IMG/VR virus record: IMGVR_UViG_3300030045_000003
Location: 1 to 50,104 of that record
Strand: one strand, 5' to 3'
Source of the DNA: a virus
Lineage: Duplodnaviria > Caudoviricetes
Length of the DNA stretch: 50,104 bases
In this document: one piece after another, positions 28,343-34,841 of the stretch
Layout: every line of letters starts with the position of its first letter
Numbering within the stretch: the first letter of the stretch is position 1
Notes under the pieces: model-generated
The model's input: the letters and a program-made list of their open reading frames with translations, nothing else
Told to the model about the DNA's origin: nothing
Databases searched by the model: none
Translations under genes and position numbers: made by a program

Positions 28343-28726
28343 ATGAGCAACGACATCAAGGAGTTCGAAGACCTGAACGGCCACACGCTGGCGCAGTGCT
28401 TCAAGACCAGCGACGACGGCGAATTGCATTTCGTCTTGGCGGATGGACGGCAGTTCAAGCTGCACCATAACCAGGACTGCTGCGAATCCGTCTACATCGA
28501 GAGCATCGTTGGCGATCTAGCCGACCTCGTTGGATCGCCGCTGACGATGACCGAGGAAGTCAGTAGCTCGGAACTCACGCCAGAACAGATCGAACACCAA
28601 AGCGGATGCGACTCGTTTACTTGGACGTTCTACAAGCTGGCCACGATCAAGGGCTACGTGGACGTTCGCTGGTTCGGTAGCTCGAATGGCTACTACAGCG
28701 AATCCGTCAGCTTCGATCAAATCTGA
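28343..28726 (+). CDS. Conserved phage hypothetical protein
   Basis: HNQDCCESV...TWTFY...T.KG.V...W.G.SNGYYSE pattern; RBS AAGGA. Confidence 0.75.
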   Translation: MSNDIKEFEDLNGHTLAQCFKTSDDGELHFVLADGRQFKLHHNQDCCESVYIESIVGDLADLVGSPLTMTEEVSSSELTPEQIEHQSGCDSFTWTFYKLATIKGYVDVRWFGSSNGYYSESVSFDQI

Positions 28727-28746
28727 CCGCGCTACCGGAGCCTGAC

Positions 28747-29154
28747 ATGGACAACGCCATCGCTTGCCCGTACTGCCATGCGCCTGCCCGGCTGGTGTCG
28801 GGTGAGGCGATCTATCCGCATCGGGTCGATCTCTATGACCTGAAGTTTTGGCAGTGCCAACCTTGCGATGCCTACGTGGGTTGCCACAAGGCGGGTGCGA
28901 TGACCGACACGGGCCGCAGCGATGGAACATTCCCGCTCGGGCGCTTGGCGAATGCGGAACTTCGTCGGGCGAAGTCTGCCGCTCATGCCGCGTTCGATCC
29001 GCTGTGGAAGTCGAAGCGCATGAAGCGCCGCGACGCTTACGGCTGGCTCGCACGCGAACTCGGAATCAGTCGCGACAACTGCCACATCGGCATGTTTGAC
29101 GTTGACGCGTGCAGAGCTGTTGTGGCCGCTGCATCGAACTTCAGGAAGGACTGA
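28747..29154 (+). CDS. Zinc-finger protein (DUF3268-like)
   Basis: CPYC...C..CDAYVGCH...PLGRLANAELR...AH.AFDPLW...CHIGMFD. Confidence 0.8.
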   Translation: MDNAIACPYCHAPARLVSGEAIYPHRVDLYDLKFWQCQPCDAYVGCHKAGAMTDTGRSDGTFPLGRLANAELRRAKSAAHAAFDPLWKSKRMKRRDAYGWLARELGISRDNCHIGMFDVDACRAVVAAASNFRKD

Positions 29155-29155
29155 C

Positions 29156-29551
29156 ATGGACAACGACAAGGGGCTGGGAAGCATGACCAATAGCGCCAGT
29201 GCGGTGGAACGTCTGCGGGCTTCGCTTTTGACATGGGCGGGCCGAGAAGGCTCCATCGTCAATCAAAACGACATCCACGCCGTCCTGGACACCCTCGCCG
29301 AAAAGGAGTCCGAGCTGAAGGGCGCCTACGAGTTGCTGCACGCCACCGAGGACAAGGCTGTCGCCAAGGAGTCCGAAGTGCAGGCTTTGCGGGAGGTCAT
29401 CGACCACACCGTCAAGACCATCGAGAGGCAACTCGACCTGATCGGCGAACGCGCTCCCGGGAAGTTCCTCGACAAGACGCCGGTCATGCGCAGCTTGCAG
29501 GCGCACGTCAAGAGACTGAGCGCCGCCCTCAACCCGAAGGAAGACCAATGA
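29156..29551 (+). CDS. Hypothetical coiled-coil protein; contains the near-perfect target of CRISPR spacer 2
   Basis: RBS AAGGA, ATG 29156; 29179-29210 matches the reverse complement of spacer 2 at 30/32. Confidence 0.7.
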   Translation: MDNDKGLGSMTNSASAVERLRASLLTWAGREGSIVNQNDIHAVLDTLAEKESELKGAYELLHATEDKAVAKESEVQALREVIDHTVKTIERQLDLIGERAPGKFLDKTPVMRSLQAHVKRLSAALNPKEDQ

Positions 29552-29763
29552 CCATCTACAAATTCAACGCGCAAGTCACCATAAGCGTCTACACCGAAGT
29601 CGAGGCCGATAGCGCGTCAGAAGCTTTGGAGATCGCCAAGGAACGAGAAGTCGGGCAGCTGTGCCACAACGCCGTCTACCCTGACTGTGACGAGGCATGG
29701 TTCACCGATGAACTGGATGGCCAGCCCGAAAAGATCACGCTGAACGAGGTTTCCGATGAATGA
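29548..29763 (+). CDS. Small acidic hypothetical protein
   Basis: ATGA overlap, 71 aa. Confidence 0.6.
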   Translation: MTIYKFNAQVTISVYTEVEADSASEALEIAKEREVGQLCHNAVYPDCDEAWFTDELDGQPEKITLNEVSDE

Positions 29764-30247
29764 CACCCCCGCCCCTGGCGAGCCGATCAGCTTGCCTGAG
29801 CCATCTCCCATCGTCGGCGAAGCCGGCCGTAACAGCGTTCGCTGGGGTCTCGGCTACACCGCCGCTCAAGTCCGCAACATCGTTGCAGCCGACCGCGCCC
29901 ATGGTGCTGCGAGCCCTGACGTGACAAAGATGTTGGAGGCGTTGAAACTCGCTCGTCGCACGCTGTCAATGATGAAGCCTTGGGATGCCTACGACGCGGA
30001 GTTGCTTCAGAAGGCAGTCGCCGCCATCGACGCTCTCGGTGCTGCCGCAACCCAGGCGAGGGCTGCTGTGGGGACAGAGCATGGGCGCCGGCTAGTGCGC
30101 GCCCTGGTTCGTGCGGCATGTCTGCAAGAGAGAGAGCCCAGCGAAAAGAACCAAAACGCATACCACTCGGCGCGCGAGACGGTCGAAGCCGCACTCTCTG
30201 CGCAGACCCCTGGCGAGGGGTGGACGGCAAAGGACTCCGAAAAATGA
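29756..30247 (+). CDS. Hypothetical protein
   Basis: 163 aa; its stop overlaps the tnpB ATG. Confidence 0.6.
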   Translation: MNDTPAPGEPISLPEPSPIVGEAGRNSVRWGLGYTAAQVRNIVAADRAHGAASPDVTKMLEALKLARRTLSMMKPWDAYDAELLQKAVAAIDALGAAATQARAAVGTEHGRRLVRALVRAACLQEREPSEKNQNAYHSARETVEAALSAQTPGEGWTAKDSEK

Positions 30248-31344
30248 TCAAGACCCTCCAAGTTCGGGTCAAGGACAAGCATGCGTCCTTGCTGGCAGCG
30301 ATGGCGAGAAACGTCAACACCTGTTGGAACTACTGCAACGAGACCAGCCAGAAGGCGATCCGGGATCGCCGGCAGTTCCTGAGCGGCTATGACCTGCAGA
30401 AGCTCACCGCTGGGTTCACCGCTTGCGATGGTGTTGAGATCGGCGCCGGTACGGTAAATCTGGTGTGCGTCGAGTACGCAAACCGTCGCCGTCAATTCAA
30501 GCGCCAACGGCTCAACTGGCGCGTTTCGAACAAGAACTCTTCCCGCTACTCGCTTGGATGGGTTCCCATGAAAAGCACGGAGATCAGGTATCGGTCGGGC
30601 CAGATCGTCTATGCAGGAGTGGCGTTCAGCCTGTGGGATAGCTACGGTCTGGGCGACTACGCGCTCCGCGCCGGTTCCTTCTCTGAAGACGCACGCGGCC
30701 GGTGGTATTTCAACGTCGCTGTCGAGGTAGCAGCCACCAAGAGCGAGGGCACCAAGGCCGTCGGCATCGACCTAGGTCTGAAGACCGCCGTCACCTGTTC
30801 GGACGGCCAGACTTTCACGGGCCGGCTGTACCGCGCCAGCGAGGCAAAGCTCGCCAAGGCCCAACGCGCTGGCAAGAAGCGCCTAGCGCGGACGGTGCAC
30901 GCCAAGATCAGGAACCAACGCAAGGACGGACTGCACAAGTTCAGCACTGCGCTGGTGCAGGAAAACGCCGCCATCTTCGTGGGCGACGTGAGCAGCAAGA
31001 AGATGCTCAAGACCAAGATGGCCAAGTCCACGCAGGACGCGGGCTGGGCCATGTTCAAGACCATGCTGGAGAACAAGTGCCGTCAGGCAGGCGTGGTGTT
31101 CGAAGTTGTCAACGAGGCATACACAACCCAAACCTGTTCTCAGTGCGGAAGCATTGAGGGGCCGAGAGGTGTCGCAGGTCTTGGAATAAGACGATGGCGA
31201 TGTTCATGCGGGGTCGAACATGACCGCGACGTGAACTCGGCGCAAAACATCGTCCGAATCGGGCTTGATTCGCTAGCTGTAGGAGCCGCCTTGAGCGGAG
31301 AAGCCAATGTCGATGCGGTGTCGGGCCGCTGCATGGGAGCCTGA
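30244..31344 (+). CDS. tnpB: RNA-guided endonuclease TnpB (366 aa), no adjacent transposase
   Basis: WNYCN helix; RuvC-I VGIDLGLK; RuvC-II region FVGDV with downstream VNEAYTT; Zn finger CSQC...CSC; RuvC-III HDRDVNSAQNI; ATG 30244. Confidence 0.92.
   Translation: MIKTLQVRVKDKHASLLAAMARNVNTCWNYCNETSQKAIRDRRQFLSGYDLQKLTAGFTACDGVEIGAGTVNLVCVEYANRRRQFKRQRLNWRVSNKNSSRYSLGWVPMKSTEIRYRSGQIVYAGVAFSLWDSYGLGDYALRAGSFSEDARGRWYFNVAVEVAATKSEGTKAVGIDLGLKTAVTCSDGQTFTGRLYRASEAKLAKAQRAGKKRLARTVHAKIRNQRKDGLHKFSTALVQENAAIFVGDVSSKKMLKTKMAKSTQDAGWAMFKTMLENKCRQAGVVFEVVNEAYTTQTCSQCGSIEGPRGVAGLGIRRWRCSCGVEHDRDVNSAQNIVRIGLDSLAVGAALSGEANVDAVSGRCMGA
31150..31327 (+). ncRNA. Predicted TnpB omega-RNA overlapping the tnpB 3' end; guide predicted from 31308 (5' boundary uncertain)
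   Basis: GGAG-CCGC-CTTGA-GCGG-AGAAGCCAA (31282-31307) resembles an IS200/IS605 right-end hairpin ending in YCAA; the next 16 nt match 32181-32196 (minus strand) at 15/16. Confidence 0.5.
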
Positions 31345-31345
31345 A

Positions 31346-31840
31346 ATGGACTACCAAACTCTTGAAGACGAGTTGCGCGCTGTCTGCGTCGCGGCCGATG
31401 CCGGCGCTGGCGGGTGGGTGCGCACGTCGCGCATCCTGGAAGCCATTGCCGCCCCTACGGCACCCCAGGCAGTGGGAGAGCCGGTGGCGTTCACTGCCGC
31501 ACAGGCAGCTCAGAAACTTGGGAAGACCCAAGACGACCCCGAGGATAAGTTTACTGCCGCACAGGCAGCTCAGAAAGTTCCACCGCACTGGCGCTATCGG
31601 TCATGCTGGTTCACTGCCGCACAGGCAGCTCAGAAAACTGCACCAGCAGCGACCGCAGAGCCGAGCGCCGTGGCGGGGGCAAGGGAGCCTCTGACGGATG
31701 AGCAGATTGATGAGGAATACCTCAACGGCGATCTCCAACCTCAACTTTACGACAGGCAAGGCATGTTTCAGGCCGGCGCCCGCTTCGCTGAGCGCTACCA
31801 CGGCATCGCTTCTCCTGCTGGTGATGGGGGAGCGAAGTGA
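31346..31840 (+). CDS. Small phage protein (164 aa) whose middle is encoded by the CRISPR array
   Basis: RBS GGGAG, ATG 1 nt after the tnpB stop; open through all repeats (FTAAQAAQK x3); stop overlaps the next GTG. Confidence 0.7.
   Translation: MDYQTLEDELRAVCVAADAGAGGWVRTSRILEAIAAPTAPQAVGEPVAFTAAQAAQKLGKTQDDPEDKFTAAQAAQKVPPHWRYRSCWFTAAQAAQKTAPAATAEPSAVAGAREPLTDEQIDEEYLNGDLQPQLYDRQGMFQAGARFAERYHGIASPAGDGGAK
31489..31636 (+). CRISPR. Type I-F CRISPR mini-array: 3 repeats (28 bp), 2 spacers (32 bp), no cas genes or leader
   Basis: Repeats GTT(C/T)ACTGCCGCACAGGCAGCTCAGAAA at 31489, 31549 and 31609 with CTGCC/GGCAG stem. Spacers CTTGGGAAGACCCAAGACGACCCCGAGGATAA and GTTCCACCGCACTGGCGCTATCGGTCATGCTG. 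Confidence 0.97.
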
Positions 31841-32475
31841 TCGCAGCGCTCTACGTCGAAACTGACGGCGCGTACTTCGGCCTGCCTGGCGTAGACCCGT
31901 GGGATGAGCCGCGTGATGCGCGGAAGTACGCCGGCCCGCATCCTGTCGTCGCCCATCCGCCGTGCCAGCGCTGGGGGCGCTTCTGGCATGGAAGCACATT
32001 GAAGCCGCATCAGTTCGAGTTGGGCACGGACGGCGGCTGCTTTGCTGCCGCGTTCAGCGCTGTTCGCACGTTCGGCGGCGTCCTTGAACACCCCGCTGAC
32101 TCGCAAGCATGGCCTGCGTTCCACATTGCCAAGCCGCCTCGGACTGGCGGCTGGATTCGTGCGGACACCATCGGCGCGGACGACACCGCATGGACATGCT
32201 GCGTCTACCAAGGTCACTACGGCCACATTGCGGGCAAGGCAACCTGGCTCCTGGCCTGCGGCCTCAAGCGCGAACAGCTTCCCGAGCTGCGCTGGGGCAA
32301 GACAGAACAGCGCATCCACCCGCGCGCCCTGGAGCTGCACGGCTACGAGAAGGCTAGGCGGATCGGAATGATGGCGATGGTCGGCGGAAAGGACAAGACA
32401 CGCATCCGCAACGCCACGCCGCCCGAGTTCCGGCAGGTGCTCATCGACATCGCCAACCTGGCACGGAAGGACTGA
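31837..32475 (+). CDS. DNA cytosine methyltransferase-like protein (short form)
   Basis: VVAHPPC (motif IV-like), VLEHP (ENV-like), Q..YGH...K.TWL, and terminal TPPEF motifs; lacks a clear FxGxG. Confidence 0.55.
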   Translation: MIAALYVETDGAYFGLPGVDPWDEPRDARKYAGPHPVVAHPPCQRWGRFWHGSTLKPHQFELGTDGGCFAAAFSAVRTFGGVLEHPADSQAWPAFHIAKPPRTGGWIRADTIGADDTAWTCCVYQGHYGHIAGKATWLLACGLKREQLPELRWGKTEQRIHPRALELHGYEKARRIGMMAMVGGKDKTRIRNATPPEFRQVLIDIANLARKD

Positions 32476-32476
32476 C

Positions 32477-32794
32477 ATGACCCCCGAATCATCCCGGCTC
32501 GCGGAAGAAGCGAAGCAACACTACCGGCACGCGATCGCTGACTGCATGTACGGCAAGCAACGCAGCGTGGCAATCCACGGCCAGGCACTCTTTTCGATGA
32601 TCGACCGACTTGCAGCTCTGGCATCCAGCCAGGCAAGCGAGCCGGTGGAGGCGCGAGATGGCTTCTACGTGATGCCGCACAAGGCCACGCCGGAGCATCG
32701 GCTTCACCTACAGATCGGCGGAACCATCTGGCGCTACGTGCTTGAGGACGCCGCCCCTCAGTCCAACACGCAGAGCAAGGGAGAAGGCGAGTGA
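32477..32794 (+). CDS. Hypothetical protein
   Basis: RBS AAGGA, 105 aa. Confidence 0.6.
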   Translation: MTPESSRLAEEAKQHYRHAIADCMYGKQRSVAIHGQALFSMIDRLAALASSQASEPVEARDGFYVMPHKATPEHRLHLQIGGTIWRYVLEDAAPQSNTQSKGEGE

Positions 32795-33426
32795 CCGCAC
32801 CGAACTGCCGCAAATGCGGTTCCCCCATGGCTCCTGGAATCGCCCTCGCCAACACCATGACCGGAACAGGCGACTTCGGCCGCGATGACGTGGTGACCAT
32901 GAGCCCTGGTGGCCCTGGCAAGCTCATCGACTGCGACAAGTGTACAGCCTGTGGGTGGAGTGTCAGCCCCAAGACGCCGAGCCTGCCGGTGGTCGTCGTC
33001 TCTGCCCCTGAGCGCATCTTCCTGGTCATCGGCGAGGACTGCCCTCCTGAGGCCCGCTGGGATCAACTGGCCGAAGTCACCTGGTGCGAGGACAACATCG
33101 ACGGCAACGGCATTGCCTACCAGCGACAAGACCTCGCCGCATCAGCTATCGAAAGCCTCCAGGCCGAAGTCGAGCGGCTGACGAATGAGTGCACCGCACT
33201 GAGAATCAGAGCCAACGCTCAGCCAGTCCGGATGGATCAGTGCGAGACGTATTGCGCGACAGCAAAGCGCCTCACCGCCGAAAGGGATGCAGCCCTGCGA
33301 AAGTACAGCGAATGGCACATCGAGGCCCTGAGCCGTGCGGCCAAGGACAAGGCCGAACCCGAGAACCCGGCCGCAATCGCGGAGCGCTTCTGGCGCGGAA
33401 CCCTATCAGACCGCAACAAACCGTAA
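32791..33426 (+). CDS. Hypothetical protein with N-terminal Zn ribbon
   Basis: CRKC...CTAC; APERIFL...EVTWCEDNI motif. Confidence 0.65.
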   Translation: MTAPNCRKCGSPMAPGIALANTMTGTGDFGRDDVVTMSPGGPGKLIDCDKCTACGWSVSPKTPSLPVVVVSAPERIFLVIGEDCPPEARWDQLAEVTWCEDNIDGNGIAYQRQDLAASAIESLQAEVERLTNECTALRIRANAQPVRMDQCETYCATAKRLTAERDAALRKYSEWHIEALSRAAKDKAEPENPAAIAERFWRGTLSDRNKP

Positions 33427-33433
33427 TTGGTGC

Positions 33434-33462
33434 TTGACAGGTAGTCTCGGGTGTCCGATACT
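33434..33462 (+). promoter_or_regulatory. Rightward promoter with operator (near-copy of 24756 cassette)
   Basis: TTGACA-17 nt-GATACT; TCGGGTGTCCGA at 33447-33458. Confidence 0.85.
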
Positions 33463-33498
33463 TCGTTTACCGAAGCAGCAAACCAACCGGAGAACGAC

Positions 33499-33699
33499 AT
33501 GACCAACGAAATTATGACCAAGATCGCCGAGCACTTCAAGAACCCGGCCGCTCGCATCGTCGTTGCTGCGCCTGGCGCACGTACCAACATGATTCTGTCG
33601 CCTGCGAACTTCTCCGAAATGAAAGTCGATGGCTCTGGCGTGCGATTTCGCAAACTGTACCTGTTCGCCTCGCAACTGCGCTTCGCGCGGGTGGCGTAA
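33499..33699 (+). CDS. Hypothetical early protein
   Basis: RBS GGAG, ATG 33499. Confidence 0.65.
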   Translation: MTNEIMTKIAEHFKNPAARIVVAAPGARTNMILSPANFSEMKVDGSGVRFRKLYLFASQLRFARVA

Positions 33700-33935
33700 T
33701 GGCTGACCTGCCGAAATCCTTCATGGGTCTTGGTGCCTTTGATGGCGCGCGTGGAGAGCCGCCCTATACCGTGACAGACCTTGACGAAACCGAGCGCAAC
33801 GAACGCGAACGATGCGCCGTCATCGCGGAGACAACCGAGGTTCTTATCGACCTGCGTGACTGGACTTGTTTAACGCGCAAGGCACTTACTGCGCTCGTCG
33901 CAAAAGGCATTGCCGACGCCATCCGAAACCAATGA
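33699..33935 (+). CDS. Hypothetical protein
   Basis: TAATG overlap; ERERCA motif. Confidence 0.6.
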   Translation: MADLPKSFMGLGAFDGARGEPPYTVTDLDETERNERERCAVIAETTEVLIDLRDWTCLTRKALTALVAKGIADAIRNQ

Positions 33936-34071
33936 ATCCAGAGCCTGCCATGACGATGATCTTCACCCACATGGACGAGGCCCTTGACTGCGCGGTCGCG
34001 CTGAGCAACGCGGGCCGCACGTACCGCTACACGCGCAACGCCAAGGGCGAGCACGAGATCACCACGAGGGA

Positions 34072-34503
34072 TTGATGATGAACACCAACGAAGAAACTAT
34101 CGATGTGATTGAAGAACAAATCAAGAAGCGGGCCTTGATTGCCGCGTTCAGCGCCATGAGGCCGCTATTTGATGATTCTGAAACGATAGAGGACAGGGCG
34201 GCAATCAGGACGGTCTTGAATGCCGCCGCCGCCGTCTCTGAGTCGGCGAAAGGGGCGCCGGCAGGGGTCTACATCGATTCCACTTCAATCTTAGCGTCCG
34301 CATTCGCCGCTCACACAATGGGGGTTGGCGCCGAAGACTGCGCGCCCTATTCGGTTGTTGGTTGGCGAGTCGAATGTTTCGTGCAGGCCCTTCGCGGAAT
34401 GGACATGCTCGAATGCGCTTCTGCGTGCCTTCTCGACGGGGTCGATTACTCCGCGAACTCGCGTTCTTTTAAGGACGCCATGGAAATTCAAGATCGCAAT
34501 TAG
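34072..34503 (+). CDS. Hypothetical protein, last gene of the rightward arm
   Basis: ~143 aa, lower GC, converges on the late operon end. Confidence 0.55.
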   Translation: MMMNTNEETIDVIEEQIKKRALIAAFSAMRPLFDDSETIEDRAAIRTVLNAAAAVSESAKGAPAGVYIDSTSILASAFAAHTMGVGAEDCAPYSVVGWRVECFVQALRGMDMLECASACLLDGVDYSANSRSFKDAMEIQDRN

Positions 34504-34511
34504 GCCGATGG

Positions 34512-34841
34512 TCACCGGTATGCAATCTTGAAGTAAAGCGTCCGGTCGTCAGTGCGCCCCTGAGCCGTCACGAACTGGCACGTACCAGCGACGGTCTGCC
34601 CGACCAGCGAGAGGTCGCTGATCGACAGCCAGCCCCACACGGTGTTGTCCACAATGGGGCCGGGCACGATGTCCGCCCCTGTCGTCGGCGTTGTTCCTGG
34701 GTTGCCGATGCAGATGTGCCAGGTCGCCGAGACAACGGAGTCCGTGGGGTCGATCAGCGCGGCCACGTCCCACCCGTAATCGAGGATGGCTTCCGGGTCA
34801 TGCGTGATGGTGGGCTTGCCCGTGGTGACGTTAAAGGCCAT
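34512..34841 (-). CDS. Fibre/adaptor-like virion protein
   Basis: MAFNVTTG...HDPEAILDYGWD...TAQGRTDDRTLYFKI pattern; ATG 34841. Confidence 0.65.
   Translation of the reverse strand: MAFNVTTGKPTITHDPEAILDYGWDVAALIDPTDSVVSATWHICIGNPGTTPTTGADIVPGPIVDNTVWGWLSISDLSLVGQTVAGTCQFVTAQGRTDDRTLYFKIAYR

Noticed and set aside
30100-31350. Intact IS200/IS605 or IS607 element
   Set aside because: No Y1 transposase or serine recombinase, and no intergenic left end; tnpB is translationally coupled to phage genes.
30244-31636. Bona fide type V (Cas12f-like) CRISPR-Cas locus
   Set aside because: The repeats are typical Cas6f-type I-F repeats and the protein looks like a compact TnpB with its own right-end-like hairpin; crRNA use cannot be claimed from sequence.
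27986-34503. Specific anti-CRISPR protein calls among small early ORFs
   Set aside because: Plausible location, but I recognise no Acr/Aca family from sequence; needs an HMM search.
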